Below, in pieces: positions 12,870-23,497 of a stretch of DNA of 54,047 bases; the first letter of the stretch is position 1; each line of letters starts with the position of its first letter. The DNA lies in the NCBI RefSeq assembly GCF_000002075.1, contig NW_004797582.1, forward strand, positions 340,169 to 394,215, read 5' to 3'. Source of the stretch: Aplysia californica. Its lineage: Eukaryota. Position numbers and translations under genes: made by a program. A model generated the notes under the pieces. That model did not search any database and was not told the origin of the DNA. It saw only the letters and a list, made by a program, of their open reading frames with translations.

Positions 12870-13495
12870 ATTAGCAAAGGTGAAAATATCAAAGAAGTCC
12901 AACACTTTAAATATCTAGGATATATTATGATAACATCTAATGCCAAATGCTCCACAGAAATAAATAGGAGAATTGCAATGGCTAAGGCTAGTTTCAATAA
13001 AATGAGCCCAATCCTGAAAAATAGAAACATCTCAATGACTACGAAAATTAAAGTTCTGAAATGCTGTGTATGCTCAACCCTTCTACATGGCCTTGAATGC
13101 TGGACAATCACTAAAGACAGAGAAAATAAAATAGAAGCTACAAAAATGTGGTTTCTTTGGAGACTACTGAGAGTATCGTGGAAGGATAAGAAATCAAATG
13201 AGATAGTGCTTGATGAAGCCCACGTGGGACGCTCACTGTTAAAAACAATCAGGAAATGACAAATGCAGCTTTGGGGACACCTGAATAGACATAGGGTCTT
13301 GAACATCTAGCTCTCACTGGCAAAATTGAAGGCAGACGAGGCAGGGGTAAGCCCAGAGCAACTTACCTAGGAAACCCAAACAAATGGGTAACAGGGAAAG
13401 ATGAGGGAAACGTAGCTTTTTTAAAAGCTTCCAAGCAAGGAAAAGAATGGAGAACCACGATCGCCGATGTCTGTCGCAGATCTGGCACTGGATGA
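12870..13495 (+). mobile_element. 5'-truncated RTE-clade LINE, C-terminal part of ORF2, inactivated
   Basis: Translation has motifs typical of the post-RT region of RTE ORF2: FKYLG, EINRRIAMAKASF, ECWTIT, MWFLWRLLRVSWKDKKSNEIVL, GKIEGRRGRGKPR and WRTTIADVC. There is an internal TGA at 13257, a 1-nt deletion near 13295 and a terminal TGA at 13493-13495. Confidence 0.92.
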
Positions 13496-14191
13496 TATCA
13501 TCATTATCATCATCATCATTATCATCATCATCATTTTGAGGGGAAAGCGATGCTAAAGTCTAGCGCCCGGACCACCAACTAGACAGATCATATGAATACA
13601 GCAGTTGGCATGGCCGTTTGCAATACTTGGAAACAATTATTATGTTCACCTCCAACAGAAACAACAAACTGATATTGTCAGTTGGTATGAACACGGTATA
13701 TTTTCGTCAAAGATGTTCCCGTATATTTTCTGTTATAATTGAGACTACCAGGGCTTTTGTTGTCCTATATTATATAATTTTCCTGCCAAAGTTTAAACTG
13801 CAGCAAATCTTTTGAACTCAGAGAGAAGTATGCATGTTTTTTAGATGTGCAGACAGCCAGTAATATGGAAATTCCAGTGCCATCCATTATGTTGACAAAA
13901 GTGCGTTTGTTTTCCCAGCAACCACAGAATGCCCCGCCATTAAAGTCATTACCGCATCCAACATCATACGTGAAGGTGTCTCGATTTTATTCCAATCTTT
14001 CCAGAGGTTTATGACCCAGGATAATGGAAGATAACGTAGTCGGCTTTTACTTAAAGCTTTTGCTGCCTTTAGCTACTTACGTCGTCAGGGGGGTAAATTT
14101 ATGAGGAGGTGGGGGTCATTAAAAGAGATAAAGAGAGAAAGAATAGGGAAAAGAATGAAAAAGAGAGGGAAGCAGAGAGAGGAAGAAAGTA

Positions 14192-14194
<3 letters not shown>

Positions 14195-14256
<62 letters not shown>

Positions 14257-14350
14257 GGGGGCAGAGAGAGAGAGAAGGGGGGAGAGATAGAGAGAGAGGG
14301 GGTGGGGGAGGGATAGCAGAGAGATAGAGAGAAAGTGAGTGACACAGAAG

Positions 14351-14422
<72 letters not shown>

Positions 14423-14506
14423 GAGAGAGAGCGGGGGACACTACTCAGAAAAAAAAACAGATAACGAAAAAAAGATTGTATATATTCGTATGTTTGTAAG
14501 TTGGGG

Positions 14507-14575
<69 letters not shown>

Positions 14576-14597
14576 TCTGTGTGTCTGTGTATGTGTG
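14195..14597. repeat. (GA)n and (GT)n microsatellites
   Basis: Seen directly. Confidence 0.97.
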
Positions 14598-15304
14598 GGG
14601 AGGGGGGAGGTTAAGAGTAAAATGTATGTATGGTAGAGAATGATTGTAAGATCTCCTGGTCGATCAGATCTGAAATGTTTGCACACCGATAAAGGTAGTG
14701 AACTCGATTCCCCACGTAAGATCTGGAAACTGTTCTGTGAATCGAGGTTACCTGCTGTTAAATGAATCATAGACGAAGTAGCTAAACACGAGAAATGGAA
14801 CTGAAACATGCTTTGAACTTGAAGATCTCCATCCCCCCTCCCCCTCCCCCTAGAAAAGTGGCAAAACGTTCGCCCCTTTTTATGTCTGTGCTTGGCGTCA
14901 AATGTTGCATAATATTTTTTTTCCTGAATTTCTGCCTTTGAGTATAATGAAAGATCGAACATACGTACGATCTTTGGTATAATACAGAAACCGCATTGCC
15001 AAAGCAAGGAATGACACCACGAGCGCTCAAAAATCACAGTCGCTGTTTCTGTTTTATTGCACTCCTGGAAGGTAGTGTTCTACTGCAACTCTGATCATAA
15101 TCAACTTAAAACGTGACAGAGCTTCTTTGAACAGTTAGGCTTACACGAAAGCCGAGCAAAATTAAGAACTTAAAAGTCTTACCCACTCTCACTCTGTGCC
15201 CCCTCCACTCCTTTCTACGTAGACCTACCTATCTTCGTACATCGACAAGAATTTCTTCGCATTGACGTTTTCGTAATTTTTGTATACTTGTGTTCTCCGA
15301 GGAT

Positions 15305-15352
15305 GAGGAGGAGGAGGAGGAGGAGGAGGAGGAGGAGGAGGAGGAGGAGGAA
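15305..15352. repeat. (GGA)n microsatellite
   Basis: Seen directly. It is the source of the poly-P and poly-S ORFs. Confidence 0.97.
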
Positions 15353-18300
15353 GAGGAAGAGGGGGAAGACGAGGGGGAAGAAGAAAAGCAAAAGGAAGAG
15401 GAAAACCAGATGGTGGGGGAAAATATGATGTAGTTCCGAAACAAGAATTTTGCATTACCCCCAAAACCAGATAAAATGATCCACGATTAATACACTATCG
15501 GGCTGCAGAAACTTTTCCCGTATTTTATTGTATAGCAGAATGGAAACACCCGAAGTAGACATGGATATACATGTACATTAAACCATTCTCTTTACCACTG
15601 ATCCACATGAAATACTAAAAAATTCTATCCGTCTACTTTATGTTCATCAGCACGGAACAATTCACAAATCAATACTGTATGTGCCCTACATGCAATACAC
15701 CTGTCTGTTGAACACTGGTTTTACAAAATTTTAATTTTTTCCTAAAAACGGAGGAGGAAAAGGGGGTAGGGAGAGGTGGGGTGAAGGGAAGTACGGAGCC
15801 GGAAAGAGGGAGGTAGGGAGGGTGAGAGGCAGATAAGGAGAGGAAAAGAGAAAGGAGCTGGTCAAGGAGGAGAAAGTGATTAATAGAAAAAAGAGAGAGA
15901 GATATAAAGGGACAGAGAAAGAGAGAGTGAGGGAGCGAAGAGAGAGATAAAAAGACAGGGAAAAGAGAGTGAAGGGGGGAAGAGAGTGGGGGGAAGAGAG
16001 GGAGGGAGAGATAGATAGATAGAGAGNNNNNNNNNNNNNNNNNNNNNNNNNNNNNNNNNNNNNNNNNNNNNNNNNNNNNNNNNNNNNNNNNNNNNNNNNN
16101 NNNNNNNNNNNNNNNNNNNNNNNNNNNNNNNNNNNNNNNNNNNNNNNNNNNNNNNNNNNNNNNNNNNNNNNNNNNNNNNNNNNNNNNNNNNNNNNNNNNN
16201 NNNNNNNNNNNNNNNNNNNNNNNNNNNNNNNNNNNNNNNNNNNNNNNNNNNNNNNNNNNNNNNNNNNNNNNNNNNNNNNNNNNNNNNNNNNNNNNNNNNN
16301 NNNNNNNNNNNNNNNNNNNNNNNNNNNNNNNNNNNNNNNNNNNNNNNNNNNNNNNNNNNNNNNNNNNNNNNNNNNNNNNNNNNNNNNNNNNNNNNNNNNN
16401 NNNNNNNNNNNNNNNNNNNNNNNNNNNNNNNNNNNNNNNNNNNNNNNNNNNNNNNNNNNNNNNNNNNNNNNNNNNNNNNNNNNNNNNNNNNNNNNNNNNN
16501 NNNNNNNNNNNNNNNNNNNNNNNNNNNNNNNNNNNNNNNNNNNNNNNNNNNNNNNNNNNNNNNNNNNNNNNNNNNNNNNNNNNNNNNNNNNNNNNNNNNN
16601 NNNNNNNNNNNNNNNNNNNNNNNNNNNNNNNNNNNNNNNNNNNNNNNNNNNNNNNNNNNNNNNNNNNNNNNNNNNNNNNNNNNNNNNNNNNNNNNNNNNN
16701 NNNNNNNNNNNNNNNNNNNNNNNNNTATATAGTATATTCACAAAGCTTATTCGAATAGACGGAAGTTTCCTTGAAGCCAGAGTCAGAAAGCAGATTAATT
16801 TCTCTTTTGAAAAACAAGATCTAAAACGTGTGTCAGACACACAAGAAAAGTATATGAAACTAATTTATTTTTTTAGTTAAGCAAATGGTTTATCTTGTTA
16901 TTGATTTCTCTGCTGCAACTCATCCGAAATTAATCATCAAAAAGTCCTGGCAGCTCTCGAGGTGGTAAAGTTAATTTTGCACTCAAGTTGTTAGCATCAC
17001 CCTACGATGCGGCCACACAGTTCACACAGTTGATAGATCCGATAGAGGACGATCTTTATTTCTTGAGGAAACAAAAAAAAGATAGGGGGGGGGGGATTTT
17101 CCCTCACATCTTGTCTTGAACACGACGAATACTCTAAAACCCCGATTCTCTTTTGCAGAATGAAGAACATCATAGATAATGTTCTATCAAGCTGTGACAC
17201 ATTACATCATTTTATGCTAATTCATAACGAGTCATTTAACTGTACTTAGAAACTGAGACGAAGTGAAACGAACAGTAACTTATTAAGCATGTCTCCATTA
17301 AAACAAAGGCAATAAATGCTTTCGGATAAAGGTAATATTATGAGCTATTATGATTATTCATTTTCATGATTCTTTTATACGCTAGCATTACACGGTGGGT
17401 GATCTTGGCCAACCAAAGCCTGAAAGGATGATGTGAGGCTGAAGAGACATTTTATTTATTCATATCATTCATGGTTGGGTTCGGTTTGTTTCAGTTTTTC
17501 TTCTCCTTTTTTTTTTCTTTTACTTATTCATTCTCTGTTTCGTTAAGCTTCGGTGGGAGGTGCAGTTTTCTATGGTAGGCCAACGCTGCTGCTCTTTCAA
17601 TTGAGATGTTCTATCATATCAAAGTTCCCTTGACTCCGTCAACCTTTCTTTCTGCGTAGCCTATCTTTTCCGTTGTAGTCTGAGTACTCGGTGCCATGTA
17701 GGTTCTAAAGGCTAGATGACAAAACAATGGTGCTGAAATCCAATCAAATTGATGTTTCGTAACAATGAGTTAGCAGTAGGTCTAGACACAGTTTTAGTCA
17801 AATCCCAAATTGCACAGCAACAGGTGGTAGATAAATGCCGTTAGCATGCCGCTTTTCTCAGAGGTGCAATCCACATGTGTGTAAAAGGGCATGAGGAGAA
17901 CGTACGTTTGTCTTCAGCCACACCAAACGGTCCCCAGAAATGCGAATCTCCCGACTGTCTCTAAAAGAACTGCAAGCAAAAAATGAACAGACAGATTTCC
18001 AAGTAGAAAAAGCATACTTGGAAAGATATCACCTCGAAAAGACCAAGGTTCATATTCGCTTTTTAACGGCACCATTTTTTTCGGGGTGGGGGGGGGGGGG
18101 GGGGGGGGTGTACTGGCATCTCCAAAAGTAAGGATGATTCTGGACCGCCCATTAGGGGCTTCGTGCCGAGGGTATCTACACGATTGTCCACAAAGGGCAA
18201 TACCCCCCCCCCCCTCCCCATCTTTCAGTTTTAAAATTGCGAATCACTATATAATATAGGCGTGGAAAGGAATCATTTCAACTTTTCTTGCTAACAGAAA

Positions 18301-19201
18301 TTACCAATAAATCCATGTAAACGCATGGGAGATCCTGCTACCACTTACATCGGATTAACTAATCTTGTAAGTAATTGTGCACTAAGCTCCCAATGTAATG
18401 TTACGCACACAATTATAATATAAATGCCTTGAGCACACTCCCCAACTCTTACGGCAGCTATCAGAGCCTGGCACTTCTGAAAAAATATATCAAAGCCGCC
18501 CACCTTTTAGTGATATCGATATATTTTATCACCAATTTATCAATACCAATACTGTCCACGGATTTCAGTCCCCGTGAGGTTTATTGGACCTAGAACCATT
18601 TTTGTCGACCCTGAAGGGGAATTTGTCTGTGAAAATTCCCCAGCTACCCTTTGAGTAGTACAACGCTGTAACCTTGTGTCAGCCACGGTGAAGAGAGGAA
18701 TAATATGCTATTTTAATAGATGTTCCGTCTGTTGTCGAATCACAACTCCCCACTCGTCAGAGTCAAAGGCACTCTTTGCCACACCCGGTGCACTCCTAGA
18801 GCTCAGTGAGAGCAGCAAAAATTCCTTTAATCAGTATCAAAACAAGACGTAAAAATATCGCAGTTTTGCAGTTCTCAAAAACAGTATTAATTTTTATGTG
18901 GCACGAATACGCCTCACTCACTTTGCCCAATGACTCATCTGGAAACAGTTTTTAGCCGCTTAATTTTATTAAAAATAGTATGGTATCATTTTTTGCCAAA
19001 GGGAATGTAACTGTCGGGTGGTATTGCCATTTAAGTGGTATCGATATCTTTAAAAGGGCGTGTTCTGAAGGCTCAAGGCTTTTTTTCATATTTTTTGGTG
19101 TAAAGTGTACGACTTTGATCCCTTTCGTTCTTCCACCCCTGCCCCAATTTCTCTTCTTTTTTTTTTAAAAACTGATTGTTTGTTTCTTTTTCACGTTTCA
19201 G

Positions 19202-19761
19202 AAAGGGTAAAATTGTCTGATACTTCCTTACATGTTTTGGAAACCTTTTAAAATACACAGAACGGAACTGTGAACTTTTCATATAAAGGGATAGGATATC
19301 GTGCTGACAACCGTTTTACCTACCACTGTGTTTATTCGGGTTGGAAATTGTAAAAGTTCCGTGTATACGACGTGAAATAAAGCCATACACAGCGCATCCT
19401 ATTATTCCTGCTGAGTCAAGCGACGTGCTCTGTTTAGGTAAAAGCCATAATATTCTCAAAGTCTTTGCTGTGATATGTCGACTTTCCCCTCTCCTGAAGC
19501 TTGCTGGAGATAAAAATGGACACCACAATGGATATACACCGCTCGGAGTACTGGCATCGACGCTGGCGGAGATTCTAGAAAGATCGGAGACCCCACCGGG
19601 CCGAACCTTTTAGCGTCCTGCTTCCCGTGGCATCAGCTGTATTGTTTTTCTTTCTCGGTGGCGTTCTTCTCGTTATCCCCCTTGGGGCAGCTGTGGCTTC
19701 GAGTGATCGCTGCGTCCTTGGCAGCATGTAAGACGCTCCTGCGGCGCAGAGGAGCAGAAGA
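19202..19761 (+). other. Probable 5' UTR part of the same exon, with four uORFs
   Basis: The acceptor is strong: branch-like ACTGAT (19171-19176), pyrimidine tract TTGTTTGTTTCTTTTTCACGTTTC, then AG at 19200-19201. uORFs are at 19232-19273, 19475-19513, 19516-19578 and ATG-TAA 19726-19731. Confidence 0.4.
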
Positions 19762-19846
19762 ATGCCAGAGCGGATACAACTGAACCTCACACTCCAGGGG
19801 ATAGCTTTTATACTGCTGCACCTCCTGTCGCTCGTCATGGCTGTTG
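19762..19846 (+). CDS. Probable first coding exon of a secreted or cell-surface protein (signal peptide MPERIQLNLTLQGIAFILLHLLSLVMAV, phase-1 intron); identity unknown
   Basis: ATG at 19762 has A at -3 and an in-frame TAA upstream at 19729. It is followed by 28 codons plus 1 nt and then a consensus donor G|GTGAGT at 19847. The hydrophobic core IAFILLHLLSLVMA is signal-peptide-like. Signal-peptide exons ending in phase 1 are typical of modular extracellular proteins (established knowledge). It is too short for the ORF track. Confidence 0.62.
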
Positions 19847-20179
19847 GTGAGTCTCATTGTGTTTGTAAATGGGTCTAGTGTGTGTGCCTCTATGTATTTG
19901 TTTGTATGTATATGTGTGTGTATGTGTGTGTGTGTGTTGTATGTGTGTGTGTGCTGTGATTATATATTATATGTGGACCAGTGTGTTTATGTATGTGTGT
20001 GTTTGTATATGTGTAGGACTCAATCTGGTTCTTTGATTGCGTCTTCATATTATTATCTCTATGTGTGAAAATGTGTATAAGTGAATATTTGCGCAGGTTT
20101 ACATACAAGTATTTAATGGTGTATGTAGGGGGGAGGGATATCTGTGTGTTCATGTGAGTGTGTATGTGTGTGTGAGTTT

Positions 20180-20227
<48 letters not shown>

Positions 20228-21838
20228 GCACTGTATGAGGATTGGTTTGCCTTTTAAGCACAACATTAATTTATACGATGGGTGTGAAGAAGTTTTGAGG
20301 GGAAAAATCTAAAACAACGTAGGTAGCTAACCTGTTACTAAAACTAAAAGTACTGGACGCTTGTGGCATACTCATACATTTAGAAAAACGCAAAAAGATG
20401 CTTGCAGCATTCAGTACATTCTATAAAATGACAATTTTCATTGCAAAACAATATAAATTTTTAGATCTATACTCTGAGTACTTTTTTGTCAGTCCTACAT
20501 CTTTCATCTTTTTTTGAAGCAGGAACATGCCATATTTAAATGAATGTCAATACTCATATCCCAGCACTACCCTTAGAATAGCTCCCAGTCCCCACACCGC
20601 CCCCTTACTTCGTTACTTCCAAGAAAACTCTGTTCTTCTGTTAAATCTTCCTCGATCAAAACTACTAAAGGTCAAAACCTCTTTTCGTCTTAAAGCAAAG
20701 AAACCTCCCAGACATCTATTCTCCGATCAAACTTTTCAATAGAGGAAAAATTTAGAAGCATCTTTGCCGGGGAGCCTTAGGGGGTCAGTGACATAAAGAC
20801 CTCGTGATATTTTAAATTCATTTGGAGGTCAATATGTTAGGACTCACCTCTCGCACGGAAAGACGGGCTCGTGATAAACTTTTCATGACGGCGCACCCGA
20901 CAGGAAACAGCTGCTTTTAGAAATCAGGGTTATGCTCACCACAGTGACCCCTTGCCCTACCCACGTTTTAAATTCTTAACCACTTGAAGTCACGTATTTC
21001 TCTTAATTGAAAGAGCGATGGAAATCATCAGCACATGAAAATGTAAAACAAGATCTAAGGAGCAGATATTATTGAAATACTCTAGAACCAAAAATAACCG
21101 CCAAAGAAAAAATACGAAAAACGAAAACTGCGATGCACTTTATGGTTGAGAATAGTTGTAAAAACTATAACATTATTATACTATTATGAGGACGAAATAC
21201 TCTTTGACCTTGATGTCTGCTGATTTTTTTCTGCGGGGCATAATCAAATACTATATTTTGTTTCTTCCTTGGTACCCGAGTCTAAATTCCTCTTTTTAAT
21301 TTCACATTTCTCAAACTGCTTGTGCGGCAAATAAAAATAGAAAGAAGATGACTGGAAGACAATGAGCGTAGACAAAAGTTGGAATGGCGTAAAGAGAAAT
21401 GAATGGCACTACAAACAGAGAAAAAGAATAATCTATTAGTGTCAACACAAAAAGTCAAGGAAGCAAAAACGTGGGTCATCGTTATTTATGAATTCTCCGA
21501 CCCGCCCCTGTCCCTCCTTCGACCTCCATCTTCACACCCAGGACTCCCATACGTGGCTGGTTAACTCTGATGTACTGGCAAGGCTGTATTAGTATTGACC
21601 CACACTGAGAGCAGACGGCAGGAGCCATTAGAGTCTAAATTTACCAACTGTCTCGATTCTCGGGAATGGGAATATCGACACAAGCAAGCGGCCGCTGACC
21701 AGAGATGGCTGTACTTTTACTCTAGTGTGGAATGAAAGAGTGATGAAAGATCAAGCTGGGGAGAAACCGAGGAAAGTAATGGTGTGGAGAGAGGGAGAAG
21801 GACAGAAAGGGGGAGAGAGAAAGAGAGAAGAGCGAGCG

Positions 21839-21871
<33 letters not shown>

Positions 21872-23194
21872 NNNNNNNNNNNNNNNNNNNNNNNNNNNNN
21901 NNNNNNNNNNNNNNNNNNNNNNNNNNNNNNNNNNNNNNNNNNNNNNNNNNNNNNNNNNNNNNNNNNNNNNNNNNNNNNNNNNNNNNNNNNNNNNNNNNNN
22001 NNNNNNNNNNNNNNNNNNNNNNNNNNNNNNNNNNNNNNNNNNNNNNNNNNNNNNNNNNNNNNNNNNNNNNNNNNNNNNNNNNNNNNNNNNNNNNNNNNNN
22101 NNNNNNNNNNNNNNNNNNNNNNNNNNNNNNNNNNNNNNNNNNNNNNNNNNNNNNNNNNNNNNNNNNNNNNNNNNNNNNNNNNNNNNNNNNNNNNNNNNNN
22201 NNNNNNNNNNNNNNNNNNNNNNNNNNNNNNNNNNNNNNNNNNNNNNNNNNNNNNNNNNNNNNNNNNNNNNNNNNNNNNNNNNNNNNNNNNNNNNNNNNNN
22301 NNNNNNNNNNNNNNNNNNNNNNNNNNNNNAGAGAGAGAGAGAGAGCTGAAGGGTAGGGATCGAAGGAACGACAATGAAAGGCAGGGAAGGGACTTTGGAA
22401 TGAGACCGATGAGTAACTTTTACTTTTTCACCATACTTTAGTTTTCTCGTTTCTGGGCGTTTCCGCTGAAAAAAGAAAACAGTTGAATTCTTGAGTTGAT
22501 TGTTTCCCATACCAGGGGGAATACTGTCCACTCTAAAACGGAAGTGGTCAATTTCGGAGTAAACTCGGGCAATTACGTCAATTGAGATCTTGAGAACAAA
22601 GACTGGCTCACTTCGACCAGACGAACAATTGGTTTAAAATGGTTCACGCAATCTTTGTCCATTTCGGTCGATGAAGTGCTCAACATCTTTAAGTGCCTGA
22701 CGGAGGAGAGGTCTTTTACAGAGTGTACTTGAATGACCGATTTGTTAAATACGGCACAGAATGTCGAGGCACGAGCTGGTGAGGAATTAAAAGTGACAGT
22801 AAGCTAACCTGTCTGTTAGATTACTTTGTGTTGTTTTAGCTTAAGGAAGAGTTTTGCACATTTGCAGAACAATAAGGTTATAATAAAGAAGTTCAGAAGA
22901 TTAACGATGTTAAAAGAGACTAACAAATACAAAAAGGGGAGAAGTCAGGACGATAGATGTTTAATAGGAAAGAAGGAGCAAACCACACAAGAGCACCTGC
23001 AAACCTAGTGCAGTTAGTGTTGGTTTCTTTGATATTTCAGAGATGAATCAGATGGTAAATAGTATTTTTTTCACAGTCTTGAATAGTTAGCCTCGATCTC
23101 TCGGAGTCGCAGAGAGCTGTTTGGGGTCCTACCTTGTCACCAGCAGGTGAACTACACTTTCGTATTTACGTGTACGATATCAGGAAAATAATGA

Positions 23195-23415
23195 TATAGG
23201 CCTAAAGCCCCTATCAACGCTTTTAGGCTATTTAAGAGGCAGAAACCCCCGAGTTTAACCTCCATCTCTGAAAGGAAATCGCTGTTTTCTGAAAAAATTC
23301 TGTGAAGTGTCTTTCCCAAGGACACACCATCTGACCGAGCTGAGGCTTGAACCCCCGAACCCGTAATTTCACGATTTCAAATCCGGTTGCCTGACCACTA
23401 GGCTTCCGACGCCAC
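23195..23415 (-). mobile_element. tRNA-derived SINE with CORE-like segment
   Basis: Minus strand: AGCCTAGTGG (A-box-like) and GGTTCAAGCC (B-box-like), then GTGTCCTTGGGAAAGACACTTCAC, which resembles the 5' CORE domain. Its 3' part is shared with the element at ~5660-5830. Confidence 0.72.
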
Positions 23416-23437
23416 ACAGCATAATATTATGTGTTAC

Positions 23438-23438
<1 letters not shown>

Positions 23439-23494
<56 letters not shown>
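23439..23494. repeat. (TATC)n microsatellite
   Basis: Seen directly. Confidence 0.97.

Positions 23495-23497
<3 letters not shown>

Noticed and set aside
12828-13259. Host protein-coding gene (143 aa)
   Set aside because: It is a truncated RTE ORF2 fragment with a nonsense codon and a frameshift.
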